Origin: Octopus vulgaris
Taxonomy: Eukaryota
DNA length: 64,000 nt
Assembly: GCA_951406725.2 (NCBI GenBank)
Contig: OX597815.1
Span: forward strand, 123,938,001 to 124,002,000
Reading direction: 5' to 3'
Shown here: one piece after another, positions 27,698-40,772 of the stretch
Layout of the letters: every line of letters begins with the position of its first letter
Position numbering within the stretch: position 1 is the first letter of the stretch
Position numbers and translations under genes: made by a program
The notes under the pieces: model-generated
Database searches by the model: none
Told to the model about the DNA's origin: nothing
What the model saw: the letters and a program-made list of their open reading frames with translations, nothing else

Positions 27698-27845
27698 TGG
27701 CTGTATGATAAGAAGTTTGCTTCCCAACCACATGGTTCCAGGTCCAGTCCCACTGTGTGACACCTTGTACAAGTGTCTTCTACTATAGCTTCGGGCAGTG
27801 CTCCAGCGTGACCGCAGTTAAATGACTGAAACAAAAGAATAAAAG
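27698..27845 (+). mobile_element. tRNA-derived SINE, family B (internally deleted)
   Basis: ggctgt...aagaagtttgcttcccaaccacatggttcc...aagtgtcttc head and aatgactgaaaca..aaagaataaaag tail. Confidence 0.75.
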
Positions 27846-27868
27846 ATATATATATATGCAAACTGATG

Positions 27869-28293
27869 CATATTGTACCCTGATTTTTTATTATATATTT
27901 TGCATATTTGGATTATGTTTGTTGGCCACTTTATCATTATTTTTATAGATAATGATAACTTATTTGAATTTTAAATTTATACTTGCTCACTAATGTTCGT
28001 TTGGAAGTCGCGGGGCCTTCAGCTGAACAACGCGCACGGGATGATAAATATGATTTTGATATAGTCTATGTACTAAGCCTAGCGGATGAGTTTTAAGTGT
28101 TGGTTCGACACAGAAAGTGAAATTAGTTAATACTAGGATGTCTATGAGCCTATTTGTATTTTGCAAGTGGGAGGACTGTTTTGGAGAAATATATTTGCTA
28201 TGTTCTCCGTGCGTGTTTACATATAGTGTGAGATTCGTGGTTTTGGAGGGTTTTAACTCCTCTTCCAAACAAATAGGTACATATTGTACCCTG
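27869..28293 (+). mobile_element. ~411-bp HHR-bearing monomer with a terminal direct repeat, between (TA)n tracts
   Basis: catattgtaccctg at 27869-27882 and 28280-28293. HHR motif at 28078-28137. Confidence 0.6.
28078..28137 (+). ncRNA. Type-I hammerhead motif (CGGAUGA core, probably mutated)
   Basis: cctag-CGGATGA-g[stem II]t-GAAA-ttagttaa-TA-ctagg. Stem I is perfect; stem III (attagttaat) is near-palindromic. Confidence 0.6.
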
Positions 28294-28297
28294 GCTT

Positions 28298-28389
<92 letters not shown>

Positions 28390-29099
28390 CATTTGTACAT
28401 ATGCATACATAAGTACACTCATACACGCACACACACCCATACATGCACATATATTGATATATTTATTCTTCTCACTGACTTGCAAGCATACAAATAAATA
28501 ATACGTATGTATAATGTATATACCTATATATGTGTAAGTATATGTGTGTATATTTCATGTGTGTATGCGCATACGCATTCGTGAGTGCGTGAAGAAATAG
28601 ACATATGAAGCAATTTCATTCGGAAGTGCGCGACGTTCCAGCCATGATACGATAACGACAGTTTCAGTTCGTCCAAAACTTTCTGTACGTCAACATGACG
28701 ACGATAACGACGGCATAAAGTCTACGAATAATTTTCAGAATCTAAAATTAATGATCGCATACCGAAGCAATCTGTTTATCACACTGAGGAGCCGTGTTGA
28801 GATCAGTGCTTTTTATTTTCGCTAGACAGTAAATATGCCTGAAACGACTTCTACGTTTTATTTCTCATCAAGCTCTTACACACGGTCAACGTTTTGTAGA
28901 CACTACTCTGTGTATGTCTATATGTGTAGGTGCGTGCTTACGTGGGAAGATGTTGAGTACCTATTTGTATTTGTGTGTGTATATGTCTTTCCCTAGTCGT
29001 CTCGTACATTCTCTTTCTCTCTCTCTCTCTTTTTCTCACTCTCTGAATGTATGCGCATGTATAAGTGTGTGTGTATATATATATATCTATATATATATA

Positions 29100-29519
29100 T
29101 ATTCTTTTATTTTTACTTGTCTCAGTCATTTTACAGCGGCCATGCTGGAGCACCGCCTTCGAGGGTTTTAGTCGAGCAAATCGTCCCCAGGACTTATCAT
29201 TGTTAGTAAGCCTGGTACTTATTCTATCGGTCTCTTTTGCCGAATCGCTATGTTATGGAGACGTAAACACACCGGCTCCGATTGTCAAACGGTGATGGAG
29301 GTGGTGGTGGAGGCAAACACAGACACAATGACATACACACAGATATATACATATACATGAATATATACGAAAAGCTTTCAGTTTCCGTCTACCAAATCCA
29401 CTCAGAAGGCTTTGGTCATCCCGAGGTTATTGTAGAAGACACTTGCCCAAGATGTCACTCAGTGGGACTGAACCCGGAAGCATGTGGTTGGTAAGCAAGC
29501 TACTTACCACACAGCCACT
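29100..29519 (-). mobile_element. Family-B SINE, near full length
   Basis: Reverse complement of the family-B head and tail. Confidence 0.85.
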
Positions 29520-30040
29520 AAACGATTTCTTTCTCGGGAAAGCTAACAGTCGGATAACCCTAAGTAAACGTGAGTAAAACACTAGCCTTACGAATTCTTG
29601 TCATTCAGGAAAAGATTGGCTTTATGCTATCATTGTATTGTCGATCGTTCACTGAAGAAAGTGAAAACTGGTTTCAAATTTTGGCACAAAATTGGTTAGC
29701 TATTTGAAAGAAGAGGTAAGTTGATTGAATCGACCCCATTTTTCCAGCCCATTTTATTGACCCTGAAAAGATTAAAAGCAAAGTTGACCTCGGCGCAATG
29801 TGAACTTCAAGGCGAACGAAATGCCTCTAAGCATTTTGCCCGGCGTGCTTATCGATTCTGCCAGCTCGCCATCTTGAAGGAAGTGAGTATTGGTAACAAA
29901 ATATCTTGAAGACCATTATACCGGTTTGTGCGTATGACACCTACATAAGCTTTCACTGGCAGAAGTCATGTTATTTCTGTTATGAAACCTATTAAAGATG
30001 CAGTGTGCAATTCAACAGACATTTCTCTGTGTGTTTGCGC

Positions 30041-30098
<58 letters not shown>

Positions 30099-30524
30099 CT
30101 GTGTGTGTGTGTGTGTGCGTGTTTCGTGTTCTATGCTATATAAGGTATCGGGTCGGCAAGAATTGTGAGAGAAACATTCTGGTATTTATTTCGGCTCTGA
30201 ACTCAGGGTTCAAATTCTGTCGATGTTAACTTTCTCTTTTATCTTTTCAAGGTCGACAAATAAAAAAATGCCAGTTTAATACTGTGCTCGAGTCTTCCTC
30301 TTTCTCTGTCTCTGTCTGCCTGACTGTCTCTGTCTGACTCTCTCTCCCCCTCTCTCTATTTATCTATCTTTCATTCTCACATTGTGTTTCCGTTTACTGA
30401 CTTAAAGAGGGAGAGCTACGCCAGGCTTAAAATACCCCAAACGATGGTAGTCCTATGATTCCACAGGAGTTAAGTCTCCCTCTATGCTGGAACCGGGACT
30501 ATGTAGTTGGGAAGCAATCTTCTT

Positions 30525-31833
30525 TATTTCAATATTTTTTCCATAAAGGCATTACATAGAGGGGACACTACAACACATGTGGGGACATATAACAGTTAAA
30601 AATATATAAATATAAAATATGATATTATGAATGACACATGAAAATGAACATGAAAAACAAATTAAAATTATGATAACATGCATGATAGTTGAAACTGAAA
30701 ATATGAAGAGTGTGCTACTCACCCCGCACAGAGCAACACCACTCGCCGCCTCTGAGTCCTAATTTTCTTTTAGTCTCTGTTCCAGTTCCGCTATCGCTCC
30801 ATGACTGCACTTTCTCGTAACCTTTTTCACCGGGGGAGGGTCTTCTAAATTCTGAGGTGTCTGCTCTTTTTTTCCTGTGGGGAAATGGGGTGGGTGAATG
30901 GGGAGGGTGGGTCTCAATGGTCTTGGGTGGGATGGAGTTGGACTGGAGTACCTCATCACACTCAGTGTTCTTTCTTTTTTCTCTCCTTCCTTCTACTCTC
31001 TGTTACTCTCCATTCTTCTTCCTTTTTCTCCTTTCCTCCGTCTGTCTTTTCTTCATCTCTTTTCTCTTCCGTCTCCACAACTGTTTCCTCTGCTATTGTC
31101 CTCTGTAGAGGGCAGTATGCTCTAACGTGGCCCTTTTGGCCACATTTAAAACAACTTGGTACCCTGCCCTCTACCTATACTCTCAGCACAATTTCCCCCA
31201 ACGTCACCGTATCTGCCAAACTCTCCAGTTGTTCCTCCTCCACCTGTATAATTAGTTCTAGTTCTTCCCTTTCCACCCTCCTTCTTCCTTTTCTGTGGCT
31301 TGAAGGACAGCCACTTTATCCTCACTTCTAACAAGGACAGACGCCACCGCCCAAGCCACTTCTATATCAGGTAGGGTTGCTTCTACCCTTACCTTGGATG
31401 TCTTTCTTCCAAGGTATGTGGGCAGAAGCACTACTTCCTCTGTTTTCACTGCTACACTCACCAGCCTCCTCGCCTCCTCTACTGTCCTAAACTGGACGAC
31501 CATTGTCTCATATCTCCTTTCTTTAGTTATGTATGTTATTTTCTTTGACCGCTCCCTTTGTACGTTTTCCATTTCAGCTTCCACCTACTCGGCCTTTTTT
31601 TCTTTTAACGAGAACACCTTATAGGTGATCGTATTTCTCTCCATCCGCTCCATCATTCCTTTGGCGAGGGGGGGTCACAACCTCACGTCGCCGCCCACCT
31701 TCTGTACCATATTCTCATACTCCTTCAGACCACCCAAATCCAACTCCCTTCGCTTCATCTCCGTGGCCTCAGTAAAACTCCTTGTCTTCTCCAGCACTCC
31801 GTCCATCTTTATGACCGCCCTTACCAGCTCCTC
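30525..31833 (-). mobile_element. ORF1-only (HAL1-like) L1/Tx1-type retroelement with a 16-bp TSD, inserted in a family-B SINE
   Basis: GGGAAGCAATCTTCTT at 30509-30524 and 31834-31849. Frameshifted ORF1-like peptides (31675-31833, 31258-31584, 30759-30959), then a ~230-bp UTR ending in aataaa. No RT or APE motifs. Confidence 0.65.
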
Positions 31834-32397
31834 GGGAAGCAATCTTCTTACCACACAGCCACTTCTGCGCGTACACAGCCACTCTTGCGCGTACATAGCC
31901 ACTCCTGCGCCTATACGATATAGTTATATCAATTGACTAAATTGAAAGAGAGCTTAAATGATCACGTCTTACCCTGCCTTTCGAACCAAGATTTTCTTAT
32001 ATGTCTGTTAAAGAGAACAATCACTCACAGTGTTGATGTTACAACCAACTAGATGATTACATTAATTAAAAAGGCTTGAGTTTTATTGCGAAGAAGGGAA
32101 TTCATTAGTGTGAATTAAGTAAGTGGCTTACTTAACAACCTTAGCGAAGAGAAAATTCTGCAGCTCATGATGGTAACTGGGTCGCGGAATATATTTCAAT
32201 CAGGAAATGTGTTCTTAAACAAGGAAACAGATTTTTTTTATATACATACTACCATCATTATAATAATCTGATTAACATAAATTTTAAGAAACTAATGTAA
32301 CACAACCGAATTTAATTAGTTTGAAAACCGTCTTTTATAGGAATTTCTTCACTTTTCCAAACGGCGGGTTATAATGCAGTAAGAAAGACTCATCTAT

Positions 32398-32640
32398 CTT
32401 TTACTTGTTTCAGTCATTGGACTTCAGCCATGCTAAGGCACCACCTTAAAGGAGTTAGTCGAACAAATCGTCACCGATTGTCAAGCGGTGGGGTGGGGAT
32501 GACAAATGCAAGCACAAAACACACGCATACTTATACGACGGGCTTCTTTCGGTTTCCGTCTACCAAATCCTCTCACAAGGCTTTGGTACTGATCCTGAAC
32601 TAGAACCATGTGGTTGGGAAGCAAACTTCTAATACACGGC
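32398..32640 (-). mobile_element. Family-B SINE (deleted)
   Basis: Family-B tail and head motifs on the minus strand. Confidence 0.75.
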
Positions 32641-32740
32641 TATATATTTCCATTTTTAAAAGTTTTCTTCTGAATAAAAGGTACGGGAATCGAGAGGTTA
32701 CAATTCTTTTTGTGCTTTAGTTTCTAATGTGGCTAATATT

Positions 32741-33138
32741 CTTTTCTACTCTAGGTACAAGGCCCAACATTTTTGGGGAGGTGGAGCCAGTCAATTAGAT
32801 CGACCCCAGTATGCAACTGGTACTTAATTTATTGACCCTGAAAGGATGAAAGGCAAAGTCGACCTTGGCCGAATTTGAACTCAGAACGTAGCGGCAGACG
32901 AAATACCTATTTCTTTACTAACCACAAGGGGCTCAACACAGAGAGGACAGACAAGGATAGACAAACGGATTAAGTCGATTACATCGACCCCAGTGCATAA
33001 CTGGTACTTATTTAATCGACTCCGAAAGGATGAAAGGCAAAGTTGACCTCGGCGGAATTTGAACTCAGAACGTAGCGGTAGACGAAATACTGCTAAGCAT
33101 TTCGCCCGGCGTGCTATCGTTTCTGCCAGCTCGCCACC
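32741..33138 (-). mobile_element. Dimeric family-A SINE with a 19-bp TSD
   Basis: Two family-A bodies joined by a ~60-bp linker. TTCTAATGTGGCTAATATT at 32722-32740 and 33139-33157. Confidence 0.85.
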
Positions 33139-33341
33139 TTCTAATGTGGCTAATATTGCACGGGAAATGCATGAACATCAATCAGTTACTTCTTATCGTT
33201 AGTAAATATGAGGCTTTGTTTTGTTTGTGGTAAATAAATATCTTTCTATTTAAAATAGTCTAGTGGTAAATATATTGTTTATTTTTAATACAGTAGTTAT
33301 CTTTGAAATTATCAATTGAGTATAAAACGATTATCTTTCTA

Positions 33342-34617
33342 TCAGGTCATCCCATAAGTTCTGTCTGATTTTACCTTTTTTAAAATTGAATGAAATTTAA
33401 TAGCGTTTTAGAATGTCTAATGGAATTAAAAATTATTTTTATGCATTTGTGTATATCTAAACTAACTAAATATTATTTTACAGAATAGTAGAATTAAAAT
33501 TTCTTTGATTAAAACATGTAAGTATCCTAAGAGCATTTGGGGCACATAATACTTTATGAGTATAAAAAAGGAAACTCTGTAGTCGAAGCGACACGAAACA
33601 CACTCAGTTTATGGGAAAGAATGCTTGAATGAAAGAACTTGCAGAAGATGGTTTGCAAAATTCAGAAGTGGAGATTTCAGCCTTGAAGATGAAGATCGAA
33701 CAGAACGTCCAGTTGAGTTTGATGATAAGCTCCTTGAGACATTACTTGAAGAAAATCCTGCATTATCAGTTGAAGAATTGGTAATAAAGCTTAGTTCAAA
33801 CCATACAACTGTTCATCGTCATCTTCAACAACTTGGAAAGGTTCCTAAACTTGGAATATGGGTTCCTCATGAATTGTCCGAAAGCAACCTCAAATCCCGA
33901 GTTGACATCTGCTCTTCTCTCCATTCTCGCGAACTCATTTCACCCTTTTTGGATAGACTTGTGACTAGGAACGAAAAATGGATCTTCTATCGAAATGTTA
34001 ACCGTCGTAAACAGCGGCTTGGTAAAAGGGAAAAAGCTCCGCCACAACCAAGAAGGGAACTTCATAGGAAAAAGGTTCTTCTCTCTATCTGGTGGAATTG
34101 CAAAGGGGTAATTCACTTTGAATTGTTACCAACTAATGCAATAATAAATGCTCAAGTCTACTGTCAGCAATTAGGGCGTTTGAACCAATCTTTGAAGAAA
34201 AAAAGATCCGTTTTAGTGAATCGAAAAGGAGTGATATTTCATCAGGACAATGCGCGGCCCCACACTGCAAAGATCACATCACGGAAGATTGAAGAGCTTG
34301 GTTGGGAAAAAATACCTCATCCACCTTATTCTCCCGACCTTGCTCCTTCAGACTACCATTTGTTTCCTAGTTTACTGAATCATTTGGGAGTCATAACTTT
34401 CGTAAGCCAGCAGGAGGTCGAAACTGACATTTCAGAGTTCTTCGCTTTGAAACCAAAAGACTTTTACATTGATGGGATTAAAAAGCTTGTAAATAGATGG
34501 AAGGAAGTCATAAATAACCAGGGTAAGTACATTGATGATTAAATTTCAATTAAATATAACATTTAATCACTTGATTTCTTTATTCAAAATTCGGACAGAA
34601 CTTATGGGATGATCTGA
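33342..34617 (+). mobile_element. Full-length mariner (DD34D) transposon
   Basis: TIRs tcaggtcatcccataagttctgtctgattt / aattcggacagaacttatgggatgatctga. TA TSD at 33340-41 and 34618-19. Length 1276 bp. Confidence 0.97.
33516..34542 (+). pseudogene. Mariner transposase, disrupted
   Basis: WVPHEL, HQDNARPH and YSPDLAPSDYHLF are present. The N-terminus (ATG at 33516) has stops and a frameshift, and the first catalytic D is changed (TRNEKW instead of TGDEKW). Confidence 0.93.
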
Positions 34618-34919
34618 TATTAAAATAGTCCAGTGGTAAATATATTGTTTATTTTTAAATACAGTAGTTATTTTTTAAACTATCAATTGAGTATAAAACG
34701 ATTAAAAGAAAGAAAATATGACTTTGAATAATACCAGTTCGGCATCAGAATATCTGGTTTGAATACTTTATACTCTTATGGTTAGAGATATGGACTCAAG
34801 ATATATACACTAAAAATTTGCGAACCGGTTTCAGATTTCAACAATAGTAATTTCTCTTTAAGTATATCGGTAACGCTGTTGAGGGAACATGAGCAGCTAA
34901 ACAAAACGTCCAACCTATG

Positions 34920-34951
<32 letters not shown>

Positions 34952-37027
34952 CTCTCTCTCACACACAACTAATAAATCAATTTTTTAAAATACAGAATTT
35001 TTTGGCGTGCTACAAGCTCAGTTTCATAACTCAAATGGTAAAGTCATAACGAATCAACACCAGTGTTTTACTAGTAATTTTATCGATTTCTGACGACTAA
35101 ATGAAAAGGTCTAGTTCAGAATGATGTACGTGCTTAACGATCAATGAATACATGATTCTCTAAAGCTTGCATTCATTCCTTCACTACTTTCAACGAACTT
35201 CTCTGCTCTACAAACCTGAATTAATACAAATAGGAAGCTATGATCTTATCTTTGCCCGAGGACGTCCAGCTTAGCATGGGAGGCTATATACCAGGTATCA
35301 AGTTACTTTCATAAATATTACAACATCAGAGCGCGCCATACGTTAACATAAATCAGGTTTATTTGCATAGAAATGTCTTCAGTTTACAGAGTGAGGTAAC
35401 TATGAAGTGGTGTTCTTCATGCAGTTCATCAAAACATAGACGTAATTGATTAAGACTCAAATGAGAATCGAACTCGTTTGCGAATTTGTTTCAAAGAACT
35501 TTAACCATCTCACTACGGCGTCTGTCTCAAACAAACATAAGCTAGGAGGCTAAGATACATATAGAAAGAATTAGCAAGTCTCCTTTGAAAAAAATTGCTG
35601 CTTTTGCTTTTCTCACATATCCTTGTTCCGTTGTTATCATTTTGGATTTTCGTCTGATGTTCCTCTTTTGAGACCTATCATCACCTGGGGCTGTCATTAC
35701 TGCCGCCTTACTTCCGTTTACAGAGTATCTTTTCTGTGAGTTTTCTCTCGATCTATCTGTTTTCTCTCGGCCATTGATTACTGACCTTGTGCCAAATTTA
35801 AACAAAAGCGGTGAGCTGGCAGAATTCTTAAAGCGTCGAAGAAAGTGCTCAGCAGCATTTCGTCCGGCTCTTTACGCTTTAAGTATTAATGCCAACGAAG
35901 TTGACTGACTTTGCATTTTATCTATCCAGAGTCGATAAAATAAGTGCCAGCTGAGCTCTAGTATCGATGTTATCAACTTACTTCTCCCCTCAAAATTGCT
36001 GGCCATGTTACATTAGTAACGTAATATTTCAACAGATTTCATGTTTGAAACGTAGCAAATTTATAGGCCACAATTTGTGTAAAATGGATATGCGTTTGTC
36101 TGAGTACATGAGTATGTGTTTTGCGTATATGTACGTGTGTGTGTGTATGTGTGTGGGGTAAGGTGTATGAGTTTGTGTATGTGATTGCGAAAATCCCTTT
36201 ATATGAACCTAATTTGGAATGTATATAAATATATGTCTATATAATGTGATGTGTATACAGATGTATTTGTGTGCATTGGTATAGTGTGTTTGTAAATATA
36301 TGGTGGGTTAGGGAGATAACTTTAATGCATGCATAAAAGACTTGTACGGCTAAAGAGGGAATCCGGGAATAAATATAGAGGATGCTGGTAGGTTTAGGGT
36401 AGGAAATAGGGTAAAACGAAGGAGCTAAAAATTTAGATAAGGGATGTGGTAATTGTTGTTGTTGTTGGTGGTGGTGGAAATACGGATGACGGTAGAGGAG
36501 GAAATGGTTGGAAGGAAAAACTAAGATGTGATTGTATTTGTTAGCCACTAATAGCAGTGGGTGCGAGGTTGGCCAATCTACATATATACATATATAGATA
36601 CATACATATATACATACATGCATGCATGCATGCGTACATACATACATGCATGCATACATACATACATGCATACATACATACATACAATAATACATACATA
36701 CATACATATATACATACATACATACATACATACATACATACATACATACATACATGCATACATACATACATACGTACATACATACATACATACATACATA
36801 TATACTTGGAATCATATGTACGTAAATACATACATATATACAGCCCTGGTTAGGTAGGTTCACATCCGCTATCATTCGGTATATTTTGAGGGTGGCTAAA
36901 TTTACACAAACGCGCACAAACAGGCACACACAAATTCCCACCCATCCATATTTGTATGTCTGCGAGTATGTACAGTGTAATACATTTATATATATATATA
37001 TATATACATATGTATGCATGTATAGAA

Positions 37028-37075
<48 letters not shown>

Positions 37076-37919
37076 TACACAATGTACATATAAATATATA
37101 TTATATATACTATAGATATGTGTATTTACATATATATATATAATGTATATATAAATATATGCATATATACATACATATTATGTGTATATATATATATATA
37201 TATATATACATACATGCTCACTTTCCCCTCCTTTTTCACTTCACTGTGTCTCTTTCATTTATTTCTCGCCCCTCCTTAATTCTTCTATCCTTCTGCCTCT
37301 ACTTCTCTCTTTTCTCTCCCCACTTGACAGGTGTTCGGTCAGGCCTGACCTTTCTTTCTTGGTTCGACTACTATCCCTGTAACATCTATATTCCTCCCTG
37401 TGCCGATTAAATCTAATGTCACTGATGTAAGGCTTTACTTCCACACACGCAAGCTTAATTTAATTCGTCCTTAGTCGAAAGACACCTTGTTATGTCCTGC
37501 TAATTGCATTTGTATTTGTGTAACATTTCTCTGTTTTTTTTTTCAGTCCTTGTTTTCGTATACATTCGCTGCTTTCTTCCAAGGAATCTAATGCTCTTAG
37601 CTTATTTTTTCCTTGGTGCTGGCCAGATTGGAGCAATCTCGTGTATAACTAGCTGAAATTTCAAAGATAATCTGGAACTCAACTGAGGATAGAAAATTCG
37701 GAATGACCCGTCCTTGTTTTCCTTTTATCGTCTGTCTGAATATTTTGTTGTCTTTTTTTGTATCACCTAACTGTCTGGATATTTTGCGTTCTTGTCCCAT
37801 TTTTGTATTTTATATATATAAAATATAGCGGCGTACGTACACTTTGGCCTCTCTCTCTCCATATAAATCCGGCTGAATTCTTTAATATTGCTATAAAAAA
37901 GGAGGCGCCAGTCATCGAT

Positions 37920-38552
37920 TAAATCAACATTGAGGAGAGAGATGTAACAGTGGCCATTGATAAAATGAGCACATGCTCCACAACTGGTCCTGATGGCTTC
38001 GCAGCTATTCTTCAGAAGTCATGTAAGAAGGCTTTGGCGAAACCACTTCAGATACTTTTCCAAATTTTCCTTGCAAGTGGTAAACTTTCTAAAAAGCTGA
38101 AAGAAGGCATTATATGCCCTATCCACAAAGGTGGAAGCAGAGCAGAGGCCAAAAAATACAGGTCAATCTCTCTGACTTCATATATAAGTAAAGCCATGGA
38201 GTGAATCGTCAGAAAGGAGTTGATAATGCGCCTAGAAGAAAATGACCTACTGAACAATACTCAGCATGACTTCCGCCCACAAAGAAGCTGCCTCACACAA
38301 CTCTTACAACACTTATACTTGGTTTTGAAACAGCTACCTGACCATTCAGATGTCAGCGTGATGTACCTTAACTTTGCAAAGGAATTTGGTAAGGAGATCA
38401 TGGCATTATATGTCAAAAGCTACGAGACCTTGGCATTGCTGGTAAACTGGGAGAGTGGCTGCATGACTTCCTTAAAGACAGAAGTCAGATAGTTGCAGCC
38501 GATGCTGCCCTTTCTGCGGAAACTCAAATCCTAAGTGGCGTCCACCAGGGAA
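37920..38552 (+). pseudogene. CR1-type LINE RT fragment, decayed
   Basis: GPDG..AILQKSCKKALAKPL, YRSISLTS, QHDFR..RSCLTQLL, YLNFAKEF and SGVHQG. Homologous to 51.9-52.5 kb. Confidence 0.88.
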
Positions 38553-38990
38553 CTTTTCTGGGGCCAACTCTCGTCACTAGTGATGATCCATGACATGAAG
38601 GATGGGTCATCAGCGGCACGTTGACGGAGATCTTGACAGACTTCGACTCGATGTTCTTTCTGCTCAGTGGTCAGCAGGTGGGGGACAAACTTGGCAGAGA
38701 CACACCACATGTTCAATTCAGATGTTAGGATTGCGTGAACGGGCTCATACCAACAAGATTTGTAGTGTCGTTGATTGTCCTGTGACGATCCTCATGCACA
38801 AGCTGTTGAATTTTCTCCACATTTCCCGGGATGACGCTCGTAGCAGGTCGTCCAGATCACCCATCGTGTTCCAGGGATGTTTCGCCGCTTTTGAAGCGTG
38901 CGTACCGCTCGAAATATTGCGTACGGCTCATTGCTTTGTCGCCGTAAGCTTGGTGAAACATGCTCAATGTCTCGTTTGTGGTTGCGAGCA
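38553..38990 (-). pseudogene. Mariner transposase N-terminal fragment
   Basis: QAYGDKAMSRTQYFE..ARFKSG, SGRP, SAKFVPHLLT and IITSDESW. Confidence 0.88.
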
Positions 38991-39010
38991 GACGTAGACA
39001 GCCTCTAATT

Positions 39011-39063
<53 letters not shown>

Positions 39064-39071
<8 letters not shown>

Positions 39072-39570
39072 ATATTTCGGAATGGTCATATTGCCAGTTT
39101 AGCCAATAAAAACACACGCACTATATATTTGGTGTTATTTTGCTTCAGTGATATTTATTTTTTACATTAATCTTAATCTTATTTCGGCCAAAGTTCTTTC
39201 GTCACACTCCTGTGACCGCATCAGTGGTCCTTTGTTTTCTTCTCACTTACTTGTGTCTCTCCTTACTAACCGTCAGCCATTTTGTATTTCAAAATACAAA
39301 ATGGCTGACGGTTAGTAAGGAGAGACACAAGTAAGTGAGAAGAAAACAAAGGACCACTGATGCGGTCACAGGAGTGTGACGAAAGAACTTTGGCCGAAAT
39401 AAGATTAAGATTAATGTAAAAAATAAATATCACTGAAGCAAAATAACACCAAATATATAGTGCGTGTGTTTTTATTGGCTAAACTGGCAATATGACCATT
39501 CCGAAATATAACAATATCTGTTTCAACACACGACTTCACATAAAAAATCTTGCACAACAAATATTTAAAC
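39064..39570. mobile_element. Perfect 226-bp-arm palindrome of an HHR-bearing short element, in (TA)n
   Basis: 39064-39289 is the reverse complement of 39292-39517 with a 2-nt centre. The right arm extends ~53 bp further. (TA)n lies on both sides. Confidence 0.92.
39351..39395 (+). ncRNA. Variant hammerhead motif (mirror copy at 39186-39230, minus strand)
   Basis: gg(a)cca-CTGATGCg-gtcaca(ggag)tgtgac-GAAA-gaac-TT-tggcc. Perfect 6-bp stem II; core A9 replaced by C. Confidence 0.55.
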
Positions 39571-40081
<511 letters not shown>

Positions 40082-40112
40082 AAATAACACACACACATAT
40101 ACACATACACAC

Positions 40113-40347
40113 GAGTAAGTACATAAATGCAAAACAAGGTGGAAAAAATAGTATTCGAATACCGAAGGTAGAGTAATGTGCTTCTTTATTAAAGCTACAA
40201 AAACATCACAAAACTGTTACTCAGAGTTTCACGTTCCCGTTCATCGGACAGTTGTGATCAAAACTGTGACACTCTTACAACTGTTCGACGAACAGGAAAG
40301 TCTGAGTAACAGCTTTTGTGATGTTTTTGCAACTTTAATAAAAAAAG

Positions 40348-40348
<1 letters not shown>
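40113..40348. mobile_element. Older copy of the PLE 3'-end/pLTR, as a small inverted duplication with HHRs
   Basis: 40113-40253 resembles 40630-40772. Minus-strand HHR at 40212-40253 (aactgt-CCGATGA-acg ggaa cgt-GAAA-ctctgag-TA-acagtt). Degenerate plus-strand copy at 40279-40312. Confidence 0.8.
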
Positions 40349-40383
<35 letters not shown>

Positions 40384-40385
<2 letters not shown>

Positions 40386-40590
40386 AGATGGCCCAAAAGT
40401 AGGTTTACAGTTATCACGTAGACACTTTAAATTTCTGTTAAAGACATTTGAGTACATTTAAATTTCTATTTTACAATTAACTAAATTAGCATAAAATAAT
40501 GGTTTCATATTATTTTTATATAATTAAGATCTAAAATGTTAATATATGAATGTGAAAGAGAGAGTTGAATAACTGTAAACCTACTTTTAT
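40384..40590. mobile_element. Tc1/mariner-type MITE remnant
   Basis: aaaagtaggtttacagttat and its reverse complement ataactgtaaacctactttt lie ~180 bp apart. Confidence 0.6.
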
Positions 40591-40592
40591 TG

Positions 40593-40629
<37 letters not shown>

Positions 40630-40727
40630 GGAGTAAACACATAAATGTGAAACAAGGTGGAAAAAAGAGTACTCAAATACCAGTGGTAGAGTAATATGCT
40701 TTATTTTAAGCAGCAGAAAATTCAACA

Positions 40728-40772
40728 AAATCTGTTACTCTGAGTTTCTCGTTGCCGTTCATCAGACAGTTT
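40728..40772 (-). ncRNA. Minimal type-I hammerhead ribozyme (PLE 3' end, left arm)
   Basis: Exact mirror of 45048-45092. Confidence 0.8.

Noticed and set aside
33625-34542. 305-aa ORF as an active or domesticated (SETMAR-like) transposase
   Set aside because: The true N-terminus has stops and a frameshift, the first catalytic Asp is lost, there is no SET domain, and the TIRs are intact.
33239-34704. ~85-bp direct repeats flanking the mariner, resembling a giant TSD or LTRs
   Set aside because: The element sits at a TA within the second copy of a pre-existing ~93-bp tandem duplication. The true TSD is TA.
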